Part shown: positions 18,267-27,371 of the stretch, in pieces | Numbering within the stretch: the first letter of the stretch is position 1 | How the letters are laid out: each line of letters opens with the position of its first letter | Translations under genes and position numbers: made by a program | DNA from: Myxococcota bacterium | GTDB taxonomy: Bacteria; Myxococcota_A; UBA9160 | DNA length: 64,000 nt | Assembly: GCA_035315025.1 (NCBI GenBank) | Contig: DATFYN010000028.1 | Coordinates: forward strand, 26,871 to 90,870 | Direction of reading: 5' to 3' | Notes under the pieces: generated by a model | What the model was told of the DNA's origin: nothing | The model's input: the letters and a program-made list of their open reading frames with translations, nothing else | Database searches by the model: none

Positions 18267-19455
18267 TCAGCCTCTTCTTAGAGCCTCGAAGGGCAGGTCG
18301 CGCTGGTCAAGCGGCTCGCGCGGCAGGCCAAGCACGCGTTCGGCAGCGATGTTCTTCTGGATCTCGTCGGTTCCCCCGGCAATGTGCATCGAGGGGGCGA
18401 ACAGCCACTGGTTCTGCCAGGGGCCCTTGCGAAGCAAGGCCTCGGGCCCGAGCAAGCGAAGCCCGAGGTCAGCAGACTTCGACAAGATGCGTGCGATGGC
18501 GAGCTTCATCACGGAGCTTTCCGCCGCCGGCATACAACCGCGTCCGAGTTTGGAGAGGACGCGCGCATTCAGGAGCTCGAGGGACCGCACCCAGATGTAG
18601 AGCCGGACGAGCTCGTCGCGCAACACGGGGTCCAGGCGATCGCGGTGCGCCCTCGCATGCGCGGCGAGGTCGTCGAAGGAAAACATGCGGTCGATGTCGC
18701 CGATCGCCATCCGCTCGTGAACAAGCGTGGTCATGGCGCAAGACCAGCCATGGTGCAGGGGGCCGACCCGATGCGCATCTGCTACGCGTACGTCGGAGAG
18801 GAAGACCTCCGTGAAGTGCGCGGCGCCGTTCATCTGCCGAAGCGGGCGAATCTCAATGCCGGGAGTCTTCATGTCGAGCAGGAAGTAGGTGATGCCCTTG
18901 TGTTTTGGCGCCTTCGGGTCGGTGCGCGCAAGCAGGATTCCGAAGTCTGCATAGTGGCCACCGGAGCACCAGATCTTCTGACCGTTCACCACCCAGTGCT
19001 CGCCGTCCCGGATGGCACGCGTCGCGAGCGACGCAAGGTCACTGCCCGCGCCGGGCTCGCTGAAGAGCTGACACCAGACCTCGTCACCCCGGAGCATGGG
19101 AGGGAGGAACCGCAGCTTCTGCTCTTCGCTGCCATGGGCGATGAGGGTGGGCCCCGCCATACCGATCCCTAGCACGAACAGCGACTCCCCCCACCCCGGC
19201 GCGGCCGAGCTCTTGGTTCCAGATGATGAGCTCGACGGGTCCAAGCCCGCGCCCGCCGTAGCGCTCTGGCCAGTGAAGTGCAGCCCAGCCTGATTCGTAG
19301 AGCGTGCGCTGCCAGCGCTTGGCCGCCGCCAAGAGCTCGGGAGTGGAGACCTCTTCCTCGTAGTAGTCGAGCTTCCCCTCGTGCGCGTGCGCGCTCAGGA
19401 AGGCCCGCGCCTCGGCCCGGAAGGTGGCTTCAGCGGGGGAGTCGTGGAGGTCCAT
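18267..19455 (-). pseudogene. acyl-CoA dehydrogenase, one apparent frameshift
   Basis: The N-terminal part is in ORF 19084..19455 (MDLHDSPAEATFRAEARAFL...WPERYGGRGL). The rest is in ORF 18267..19244 (GMAGPTLIAHGSEEQK...FSEPGAGSDLASL...IAGGTDEIQ). The junction lies near 19187-19215, next to a C6 run (19187-19192). Confidence 0.8.
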
Positions 19456-19486
19456 CGCTGTGCCTTCTTTGCCTCTGGCACCGCAT

Positions 19487-20365
19487 CTAGAGCGCCTCCG
19501 CGGGTTGAACGATCTGGGAGGCCAAGGCGTCGAGAGCCTTCTCGAGTCCCGGCACGTCGCCGGCCAGTGGCATCACGGTCACCTGGTCTGCTCCTGCATC
19601 GCGGTAACGCTTTACGAGATCGAGGGAGATCGGCCGCAGGTACGAGCAAATGGTGACCTCGATCTCCGAACGCTTGCGCCCGCGCTCTGCGAGCAGCTTC
19701 TCGAGCGCCGTGATGCGTTCGGCGAGGAACTGGGGTTCCTGGTGGAAGGGATGCCAGCCCTGGCCGAGGTCCGCGACACGTCGCAGCGCAGCGTCGCTTT
19801 CGCCCCCGAAGTGGATCGGGGGATGGGGCTTCTGGATGGGCTTCGGGAATTGTCGGCAGGGTGCGAGCTCGTAGAACTCGCCTCGGAACTGCGACACCGG
19901 ATCGCGCCAGAGAGTTTGCATCAGGCGCAGGTACTCACGGCAGCGAGCGCCGCGACGTTCGAAGGGGACACCCAAGGCCGCGAACTCCTCCGCGAGCCAG
20001 CCGACCCCCACGCCGAAGTCGACGCGTCCGCCTGAAAGGACATCGAGCGTCGCGATCTCCTTGGCCGTATACACGGGATTGCGCTGCGGGACGAGGCAGA
20101 CGGCGCTACCGATCCGGATCCGACGCGTCGCGGCGGCCAGGAAGCCGAGCGCGGCCAGGGGGTCAAGCAGCCCGTTCTCGCCGCCGGCAGGAATTCGGCC
20201 GTCGGGCGAGTAGGGGTAGCGCGAGACGTACTCGTCGAAGAGCACAACGTGCTCGGGAAGCCAGAGCGAGTGGAAGTTGCGTTGCTCGGCCCCCTCTGCG
20301 AGGGCGCGCGCGTACACGGCCGTGGCCACAGGGCTCGCGAGCGGGGCGAAGATTCCGATCCGCAT
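19487..20365 (-). CDS. LLM-class (luciferase-like) flavin/F420-dependent oxidoreductase
   Basis: The TIM-barrel LLM pattern is present: MRIGIFAPL...FHSLWLPEHV...SGGRVDFGVGVGW. Confidence 0.8.
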   Translation of the reverse strand: MRIGIFAPLASPVATAVYARALAEGAEQRNFHSLWLPEHVVLFDEYVSRYPYSPDGRIPAGGENGLLDPLAALGFLAAATRRIRIGSAVCLVPQRNPVYTAKEIATLDVLSGGRVDFGVGVGWLAEEFAALGVPFERRGARCREYLRLMQTLWRDPVSQFRGEFYELAPCRQFPKPIQKPHPPIHFGGESDAALRRVADLGQGWHPFHQEPQFLAERITALEKLLAERGRKRSEIEVTICSYLRPISLDLVKRYRDAGADQVTVMPLAGDVPGLEKALDALASQIVQPAEAL

Positions 20366-20405
20366 GGCGCCTCCTCCGGCGATTATTGCTCAGCACCCTC
20401 AAAAA

Positions 20406-20419
20406 TGATACACGTTTCA
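20406..20419. promoter_or_regulatory. KstR-like TetR operator candidate (TGATACACGTTTCA)
   Basis: This near-palindrome fits TnnAACnnGTTnnA with one mismatch. It lies in the 82-bp divergent spacer between the LLM gene (start 20365) and the ACAD gene (start 20448). Confidence 0.4.
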
Positions 20420-20447
20420 AAAATCTGGTAGTGCTGGGAGATCCCCC

Positions 20448-21620
20448 ATGTACATCGACTACAGCCCCGAGCAGCGTGCGCTGCGTGAAGACCTGCGTGC
20501 CTACTTCGCCCGCATGATGACGCCGGAACTCCTGCAGGAGATCTCAGGCAGCGAGGGCGGAGGCCCACTCTACAGGAAGGCCCTGCGTCAGATGGGCGCC
20601 GATGGCTGGCTCGGGATCGGCTGGCCGAAGGAGTGGGGCGGCCAGGGCCGCACGCCCATCGAACAGTTTATTTTCTCCGATGAGGTGCAGCGCGCGGGCT
20701 TCCCGCTGCCGTTCCTCACCTTAAACACCGTGGGCCCGACCCTCGCGCGCTTCGGGACCGACGAACAGCGGCGGGAGTTCCTCCCCAAGATTCTGCGGGG
20801 CGAGATCCACTTCGCGATCGGCTACTCCGAGCCCGGCGCGGGTACGGACCTCGCGTCGCTCACCACCCGCGCCGTGCGCGACGGCGATGACTACGTGATT
20901 AACGGCAGCAAGGTCTTCACGAGCCTCGCCGACTATGCCGACTACATCTGGCTCGCGGCACGCACAAATCCCGACGCGCCGAAACATCGGGGCATCTCCA
21001 TGCTGATGGTCTCGACCCGCCTTTCGGGCTTCAAGCTGACGCCGATCTTCACCATGGGTGGGGTACGCACGAACGCCACGTACTACGAGAACGTGCGCGT
21101 GCCTGCGTCCTGCCTGATCGGCAAGGAGAACGAGGGTTGGTCGCTGATCGTAAACCAGCTCAATCACGAGCGCGTCTCGCTCTCGCCCTACGGCTCGCTG
21201 GAGAAGCTCTTCGAGGAGTCAAGGGTCTGGGCACAGCAGACCAAGCTGGCCGACGGTCGTCGTGTGATCGATCAGTCGTTCGTGCAGGCGAATCTCGCGC
21301 GGGTGCATGCCAAGCTCGAGGTCCTGAAGCTCATGAACTGGAAGCAGGCCTGGTGCATGACGCGCGGCAGCCTGCAGCCCGCGGACGCGTCCGCCACCAA
21401 AGTCTTTGCGACCGAGTTCTATGTCGAGGCCTACCGGCTGCTTCTCGAGATCTTTGGCGCGCAAGGCGCCCTCCGGGCCGGCTCGCCGGACGCTGTGCTG
21501 TGTGGACGCGTGGAGCGCATGTACCGCACCACTCTGATCCTCACCTTTGGCGGCGGCACGAACGAGGTGCAGCGCGAGATCATCGCCGCAGCGGGCCTCC
21601 AGATGCCGCGGGGGCGATAG
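20448..21620 (+). CDS. acyl-CoA dehydrogenase
   Basis: 390 aa. Motifs YSEPGAGTDLASL, WLAARTN and TFGGGTNEVQREII are present. Confidence 0.9.
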   Translation: MYIDYSPEQRALREDLRAYFARMMTPELLQEISGSEGGGPLYRKALRQMGADGWLGIGWPKEWGGQGRTPIEQFIFSDEVQRAGFPLPFLTLNTVGPTLARFGTDEQRREFLPKILRGEIHFAIGYSEPGAGTDLASLTTRAVRDGDDYVINGSKVFTSLADYADYIWLAARTNPDAPKHRGISMLMVSTRLSGFKLTPIFTMGGVRTNATYYENVRVPASCLIGKENEGWSLIVNQLNHERVSLSPYGSLEKLFEESRVWAQQTKLADGRRVIDQSFVQANLARVHAKLEVLKLMNWKQAWCMTRGSLQPADASATKVFATEFYVEAYRLLLEIFGAQGALRAGSPDAVLCGRVERMYRTTLILTFGGGTNEVQREIIAAAGLQMPRGR

Positions 21621-21623
21621 GCG

Positions 21624-22760
21624 ATGGACTTTGCGTATAGCGAGGACCAACAGTCACTGCGCGAGCTCGCTCGAAAGATCCTTGAGGACCGCGCGACCCA
21701 CGAGCGACTAAAAGCGATCGAGGCGACCGCAGATCGCGTGGACCATGAGCTGTGGGCCGAGCTCGCGAAGGCGAATCTCCTCGGCGTCGCGATCTCCGAA
21801 GAGTACGGTGGCATGGGCATGAGTTTCCTCGAGCTGTGCATTTTGCTCGAGGAAGTGGGACGCACCGTGGCCCCCGTTCCGGTATGGCCCACCCTTGTTC
21901 TGGGCGCGCTTCCTGTGGCGAAGTTCGGGAGCCCCGAGCAGCAGCGTCGGCTGCTCCCCGCCGTGGTCGCCGGCGAGGCTCTGCTCTCGGCCGCGCTCGT
22001 GGAGCCAGGCTCCGACGACCTGGCGCGACCCTCGACGACGGCGCGCCGAGACGGCGGTGTCTTTCGGCTCGACGGCACGAAGCTCTGCGTGTCGGCAGGC
22101 CACCTCGCGCGTCGGATTCTGGTTCCCGCCCGCACCGAAGGTGGAGGCGTCGGCGTCTTCCTGCTCGATCCAGAGGCACCCGGTGTCACACTCGAACTCC
22201 AGCACGCCACAAACCACGAGCCGCAGACAAGACTCACCCTCGAGGGAGCGGTGGTCGCCTCTGCGGACCTGCTCGGCGATCCGAACGCTGGAACGGCTCT
22301 CGTGCGCTGGCTCGAGCAGCACGCGACCGCAGCACTGTGCGCCATCCAAGTCGGCGTCTCGGAGCGCGCGCTTCGCATCACCGCCCGCTACACCACGGGC
22401 CGTGAGCAGTTCGGCCGCGCCATTGCCACATTCCAGGCGGTCGGCCAGCGCGCGGCGGATGCCTACATCGACCTTGAGGCGATGCGGCTCACGACGCAGC
22501 AGGCGGTCTGGCGCCTCGCCGAGGGTTATCCCGCGGAAGACGCCGTCACCGTGGCGAAATTCTGGGCTTCAGAGGGGGGGCATGCCGTGGGCTACGCCGC
22601 CCAGCACCTGCACGGAGGGATCGGCGTCGATATCGACTATCCCATCCACCGCTACTACCTGTGGTCGAAGCAGATCGAGCTCACGCTCGGCTGCGCGAGC
22701 CGCCAGCTGGAGCAACTCGGCGTGCGACTCGCCGAGGCGCCCGCGTCGGGAATCGCATAG
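21624..22760 (+). CDS. acyl-CoA dehydrogenase family protein (partner-type subunit?)
   Basis: 378 aa, starting 4 nt after the previous ACAD. The ACAD fold is evident (REQFGRAIATFQAVGQRAADA, HGGIGVDIDYPIHRYYLWSKQIELTLG). Confidence 0.85.
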   Translation: MDFAYSEDQQSLRELARKILEDRATHERLKAIEATADRVDHELWAELAKANLLGVAISEEYGGMGMSFLELCILLEEVGRTVAPVPVWPTLVLGALPVAKFGSPEQQRRLLPAVVAGEALLSAALVEPGSDDLARPSTTARRDGGVFRLDGTKLCVSAGHLARRILVPARTEGGGVGVFLLDPEAPGVTLELQHATNHEPQTRLTLEGAVVASADLLGDPNAGTALVRWLEQHATAALCAIQVGVSERALRITARYTTGREQFGRAIATFQAVGQRAADAYIDLEAMRLTTQQAVWRLAEGYPAEDAVTVAKFWASEGGHAVGYAAQHLHGGIGVDIDYPIHRYYLWSKQIELTLGCASRQLEQLGVRLAEAPASGIA

Positions 22761-22769
22761 CCTCGGGTC

Positions 22770-23360
22770 GTGCCGGAGCCGCTCAAGCTCTACTTCGATT
22801 ACAAGAGCCCCTTCGCGTACCTCGCGAGCCAGCTGGCTTGGGATCTGCCCGAGCGCTTTCACGTCTCCTTGCACTGGATTCCCTACCTCCTGCGCCTGAA
22901 AGGGCCCGGCCAGCGCAGCATCTACTCGGACTGGAAGGCGCAGTACTCCTACGCCGACGCCCGGCGCTTTGCCAACCAGCGCGGCGGCTTCAAGATCATG
23001 GGTCCGCGGAAGATCTACGACTCCACACCTGCGCTTGTCGGCGGCCTTTTCGCGCAGCGCGAAAGGTTTTTTCGTGCGTACACCGAGGAGGTCTATCGGC
23101 GCTTCTTCGAACGGCGGCTCGAGATCGACCGGCCCGAAGAGATCGCGGCGCTCATCGCCGAACTCGGTCGTTCGGCTGAGGCATACGCGAGCTACTTGGC
23201 TGGCGAGGGCGCCGCAGCGCTCGAAGCCGCGATTGCCGAGGGCCACGCGGACCATGTGTTCGGGGTACCGTTGTTCATCGTTCGCGGCGAGCAGTTCTGG
23301 GGCAACGATCGCGTGGCGCTTCTCGAAGAGAGACTCACGGAGTACGGACTTCGTCGTTAG
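22770..23360 (+). CDS. 2-hydroxychromene-2-carboxylate isomerase / DsbA-like thioredoxin-fold protein
   Basis: The N-terminus LYFDYKSPFAYLAS and the C-terminus VFGVPLFIVRGEQFWGNDR are typical of the HCCA isomerase family. Confidence 0.8.
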   Translation: MPEPLKLYFDYKSPFAYLASQLAWDLPERFHVSLHWIPYLLRLKGPGQRSIYSDWKAQYSYADARRFANQRGGFKIMGPRKIYDSTPALVGGLFAQRERFFRAYTEEVYRRFFERRLEIDRPEEIAALIAELGRSAEAYASYLAGEGAAALEAAIAEGHADHVFGVPLFIVRGEQFWGNDRVALLEERLTEYGLRR

Positions 23361-23653
23361 ACCCGAGGCCGTGGGAAGACGACACGGGTCTCGTGCACTT
23401 CGTAGCGTTCGAACACGCCGCGCACGACGTACGGGTCCGCAGCGGCAAAAGCCTGAGCAGCGGCGAGGTTCGGCGCCTCGAAGACGACGACGCTGCCCAA
23501 GGGCGTTCCATCCTCTCCGAGGAGCGGCCCTGCATGGACGACCCGCCCTGCCGCGTCAAGCGGGGCGAGGTTCGCCAGGTGGGCCTCGCGGTGGAGCTTT
23601 CGAAGCTCCGGCCCACGCGGACCGTCATGCCCGATCCAGGCGAAGAGCGGCAC
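23357..23653 (-). CDS. YciI family protein
   Basis: 98 aa with the YciI pattern (R..HL..L......G.....GP). It converges on the previous gene, with overlapping stops at TTAG 23357-23360. Confidence 0.75.
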   Translation of the reverse strand: MPLFAWIGHDGPRGPELRKLHREAHLANLAPLDAAGRVVHAGPLLGEDGTPLGSVVVFEAPNLAAAQAFAAADPYVVRGVFERYEVHETRVVFPRPRV

Positions 23654-23691
23654 GGGGCCACTCTACCGGATCCGTTTGCTATGCAGCGGGC

Positions 23692-24840
23692 GTGGATCCC
23701 GCCGAGCTTCGAGATCGCTTCCGGGTCCTGTTCGGCGGCGAGGCGCGTCTATTTCGCGCTCCGGGTCGCGTCAATCTGATTGGCGAGCACACCGACTATA
23801 ACGACGGGTTCGTCTTGCCGGCCGCCATCGACTTTCAGACCTTTGCCGCCGCGGCAAGGCGCGCGGGCCGTGGGCTACGGATCCATTCCATAAACTTCGG
23901 CGAGACGGTCAGCTTCGATCTTGACGCGGGAGCCCCGCGCCGACGCGGCCATTGGAGCGACTACCCGCTCGGCGTGGCAGCGACGCTGGTGCACGCTGGT
24001 CACGCGCTTACCGGCGCAGACCTGCTGCTCTACGGCGAAGTCCCGCCCGGGGCGGGCCTCTCCTCGTCGGCAGCCCTCGAGGTGGCGACGGCCCTCGCGC
24101 TGATCGCGGTCGCGGGCCTCGAGTTCTCGCCGCTTGAGACCGCGAAGCTCTGCCAGCGTGCGGAGAACGAGTTCGTCGGCACCCTCTGCGGCATCATGGA
24201 TCCCTTCGTCTCGCGCTTCGCGCAGGCTGGGCACGCACTCCTCATCGATTGCCGCTTGCTTGAAGGGCGCGCCGTGCCGCTCCCCGACACCATCAGGCTC
24301 GTGATCTGCCACAGCGGAGTGCGGCACGCCCTGGCCTCGGGGGAATACAATGCACGCCGCGCCCAGTGCGAAGAAGGCGTCCGTGCGCTCGCCGAGGTGA
24401 ACCCGAGGCTGCGGGCACTGCGGGATGCGACGCTTGCGACGCTCGAAGAAAGCCGCGGTCGCATCCCCCCCGTCGTTTTCGCCCGTTGCCACCATGTCGT
24501 CTCAGAGAACCAGCGCACGCTCGAGGCCGCGGCCGCCCTCGAGCGTCGCGACCTCGCAGCCGTGGGCCGCCTCATGGCGGCTTCACACGCCAGCCTGCGA
24601 GACGAGTACGAGGTGAGCTGTCGCGAGCTAGACGTGCTCGTCGACGCAGCCGCGCCGCTCGAAGGCGTGTTCGGGGCGCGGATGACCGGAGGAGGCTTCG
24701 GTGGCTGCACGGTGAATCTCGTGCGTGCCGACGCGGTGCGGGCGTTCCGCCAGGGCGTGACGCAGGCCTTCGAGCGCGCCACCGGCCGCAAACCGAAGAT
24801 CTATGAGAGCTCTGCGGCTGCCGGCGCGAGCGAACTCTGA
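23692..24840 (+). CDS. galK: galactokinase
   Basis: Signatures GRVNLIGEHTDYNDG, PPGAGLSSSAALEV and MTGGGFGGC are present. GTG 23692 was chosen because the upstream 241 codons of track ORF 22969.. overlap other genes and look non-protein-like. Confidence 0.9.
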   Translation: MDPAELRDRFRVLFGGEARLFRAPGRVNLIGEHTDYNDGFVLPAAIDFQTFAAAARRAGRGLRIHSINFGETVSFDLDAGAPRRRGHWSDYPLGVAATLVHAGHALTGADLLLYGEVPPGAGLSSSAALEVATALALIAVAGLEFSPLETAKLCQRAENEFVGTLCGIMDPFVSRFAQAGHALLIDCRLLEGRAVPLPDTIRLVICHSGVRHALASGEYNARRAQCEEGVRALAEVNPRLRALRDATLATLEESRGRIPPVVFARCHHVVSENQRTLEAAAALERRDLAAVGRLMAASHASLRDEYEVSCRELDVLVDAAAPLEGVFGARMTGGGFGGCTVNLVRADAVRAFRQGVTQAFERATGRKPKIYESSAAAGASEL

Positions 24841-25671
24841 CTAGCGGCCCTTGTACTGCGGCTTGCGCTTTTCGGCGAAGGCGCGCGGCCCCTCGCGCGC
24901 GTCTTCTGTCGCAAAGACCGGGATTCCGATCTTGAGCTCGTGCTGCAGAGCGTCGAGCTCGGTCATCCCTTCGGTCTCGCGCAGCGAGCGCAGGACTGCT
25001 TGCACCGCGAGCGGGCCGTTTTCGGCGATCTGCTCGGCGATCTTCCGCGCCTCCGCGAGCGCCTGGCCGTCGGGGACGACGCGCCCGATCAGGCCGATGC
25101 GCAGAGCCTCCTCGGCGGGAACCATGCGTCCCGTGAGCAGGATCTCCGCCGCGTGTGTGTACGGGATCTGCCGCCGCAAGCGGACGGTCGAGCCGCCGAC
25201 CGGAAAAAGACCGCGACGCACCTCGGCGACGCCGAAGATCGCGCTGGCGCCTGCGACACGGATGTCGGTCGCCTGCAAGATCTCGGTTCCACCGGCCACC
25301 GCATAGCCTTCGACCGCGGCGATGAGGGGCTTTTTCAGGCGATAGTGGCGGAGGAGCCCCTTCCACTGGAGATCGGCATCCTCGTCAAAACGCTTGCTCC
25401 ACTCGTCCCGTTGGTGGCCGCCGGCCATCGCCTTGAGATCAGCGCCTGCGCAGAAGGTTCCCCCGGCACCGGTCAGGATGGTAACCCGTACGTCCTCTTC
25501 GACGTCGATCATGCGCCACGCCTCGGCCATGCGCACCAGCATTTCACTCGAGAATGCATTTTTGCGCTCGGGTCGGTTCATGGTGACGACCACGACGGGT
25601 CCCTCTCGTTCGACGAGCAGGTGGGGCGCTGCGCCCTGCGTGCCGGGAGTCTGCTGCGAAGTGTCGACCAT
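24841..25671 (-). CDS. enoyl-CoA hydratase/isomerase (crotonase) family protein
   Basis: Motifs VVTMNRPERKNAF, TGAGGTFCAGADL, KPLIAAVEGYAVAGG and the tail EGPRAFAEKRKP are present. Confidence 0.9.
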   Translation of the reverse strand: MVDTSQQTPGTQGAAPHLLVEREGPVVVVTMNRPERKNAFSSEMLVRMAEAWRMIDVEEDVRVTILTGAGGTFCAGADLKAMAGGHQRDEWSKRFDEDADLQWKGLLRHYRLKKPLIAAVEGYAVAGGTEILQATDIRVAGASAIFGVAEVRRGLFPVGGSTVRLRRQIPYTHAAEILLTGRMVPAEEALRIGLIGRVVPDGQALAEARKIAEQIAENGPLAVQAVLRSLRETEGMTELDALQHELKIGIPVFATEDAREGPRAFAEKRKPQYKGR

Positions 25672-25723
25672 GCGATGCCTCCTGCGGCCACCTGAGGGCG
25701 CGATCTCGGTTCCCGAGGATTAT

Positions 25724-25737
25724 TGAAACACGTTCTA
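25724..25737. promoter_or_regulatory. KstR-type TetR operator candidate (TGAAACACGTTCTA)
   Basis: This is an exact fit to TnnAACnnGTTnnA. It lies in a locally AT-rich patch 53 bp upstream of the crotonase start (25671), inside the 447-bp divergent spacer to the P450 gene. Confidence 0.45.
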
Positions 25738-26118
25738 CTTTCGATGTAAACGGACGAAACGCGTCACCGGACTTGCGGTGGTGCGTTCGCGTTCGTGGGG
25801 CTCCGGTTCGCTCAGCGCCGGGGTCGCGGGGCTCGCGAGCGTCTCGGGCGGGGCGGCTCAACGCGCTCTCCCACACCGGACAAAACCCGGCTCAAGTGGA
25901 CGGACAAGCGCGTCGAAGGCAAGCCCTGCGGAGTAGGGAGCCTCTCGGGGATTCCCGGCGCAGGTTCGTGCATGCCATCCGCAAGGAGCAACTGAAGGCG
26001 CAGCCTACCCGGCGCAGCAGGGGGACGCCGCGGAGCTGCTCAACGCTGAGCAGCCATCGCGCAGGGATGAGCGGCTTAGAAAGGCTCGGCCGCGCACAGG
26101 ACTTGGACTCGAAGAGAG

Positions 26119-27336
26119 ATGGGAGACGCCATGCGCGTGGATCAAATCAATCTCTTGGACCTGGATGAATTCGCCGCGCGCGGTTTTCCGCACGACATCT
26201 TCGCGACGCTGCGACGAGAAGCTCCCCTCTACCGGCATCCGGAGCCCAGTGGCCCCGGATTCTGGGTGATCTCGAAACACAGCGACGTGATCCAGGTGTC
26301 CAAGCGTCCCCTCGTCTTCTCCTCCATGCACGGCGTCAATATGCAGGTGCTTGCCCCGGAGGAGCTCCCGATGATCCAGACCATGATGCTCGGGATGGAT
26401 CCGCCGCGGCACAGCAAGTACCGCAGGCTCGTGTCCGGCGGCTTTACGCCGCGCACGATCTCGCACCTCGAGCCTCACATCCGTCAGATCGCACACCGCA
26501 TCGTCGAAGAGGTCGCCCAGAAGGGCGAGTGCGAGTTCGTGAAGGAGGTCGCCGCCGAGCTGCCGCTTCAGGTGATCGCGGAGTTTCTCGGTGTACCCGA
26601 TGAGGAGCGTGGCAGGATCTTTCATCTCTCGAACCGCCTGATTGGCTTCGATGATCCCGAGTTTCAGACCTCACCCGAGGATGGGAAGATCGCCGCAACG
26701 GAGATGTGGCTCTATGCGAACCAACTCGCCAAAGCTCGCCGTGTGAATCCGCGGAACGACATCGTGAGTCTTCTCGTGAATGCCGAAGTCGAAGGGGAGA
26801 AGCTCTCAGAACTGGAGTTCAACAACTTCTTCTTGCTGCTCGCCGTGGCGGGCAACGAGACGACGCGAAACTTGATCTCTGGGGGCATGCTTGCCCTGCT
26901 CGAGCACCCTCGCGAGCTGCGCCGTCTTCGCAACGATCCGTCGCTTCTCCCGACCGCGGTGGAGGAAATGCTGCGCTGGGTGACGCCCGTCGCACACTTC
27001 CGACGCACGGCCACCGAGGACACCGAGATCCGCGGCCAGCGCATCGCAGCGGGGGATCGAGTCGTGATGTTCTACCCTTCCGCCAACCGGGACGAGGATG
27101 TCTTCAGCGATCCGCAGCACTTCGACATCGGCCGAACGCCCAATGACCACCTTGCCTTCGGGATCGGCGAGCACTTTTGCCTCGGCTCTCAGCTCGCGCG
27201 GCTCGAGATCCGGATCATGTTCGAGGAACTTCTGCGCCAACTCCCCGAGATCGAGCTCGCCGGGCCGGTCCGACGCCTGCGCTCGAACTTCATCAACGGA
27301 ATCAAATCCATGCCGGTGCGGTTCAGTCTTGACTGA
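26119..27336 (+). CDS. cytochrome P450
   Basis: The haem-ligand loop is FGIGEHFCLGSQLA, the I-helix is LAVAGNETT, and the ExxR motif is EEMLR. ATG 26131 is an alternative start. Confidence 0.92.
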   Translation: MGDAMRVDQINLLDLDEFAARGFPHDIFATLRREAPLYRHPEPSGPGFWVISKHSDVIQVSKRPLVFSSMHGVNMQVLAPEELPMIQTMMLGMDPPRHSKYRRLVSGGFTPRTISHLEPHIRQIAHRIVEEVAQKGECEFVKEVAAELPLQVIAEFLGVPDEERGRIFHLSNRLIGFDDPEFQTSPEDGKIAATEMWLYANQLAKARRVNPRNDIVSLLVNAEVEGEKLSELEFNNFFLLLAVAGNETTRNLISGGMLALLEHPRELRRLRNDPSLLPTAVEEMLRWVTPVAHFRRTATEDTEIRGQRIAAGDRVVMFYPSANRDEDVFSDPQHFDIGRTPNDHLAFGIGEHFCLGSQLARLEIRIMFEELLRQLPEIELAGPVRRLRSNFINGIKSMPVRFSLD

Positions 27337-27371
27337 TCTTCCGTTACCATGCCCTGCGGAGGGTCTATCCC

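Noticed and set aside
23357-23360. Overlapping convergent stop codons (TTAG here; CTAG at 48967-48970)
   Set aside because: This is a real but trivial consequence of tight gene packing, with no functional claim.
22969-23691. N-terminal 241 codons of the 623-aa ORF that contains galK
   Set aside because: This stretch overlaps the HCCA-isomerase and YciI genes and is Arg-rich nonsense. Galactokinase homology begins at GTG 23692.
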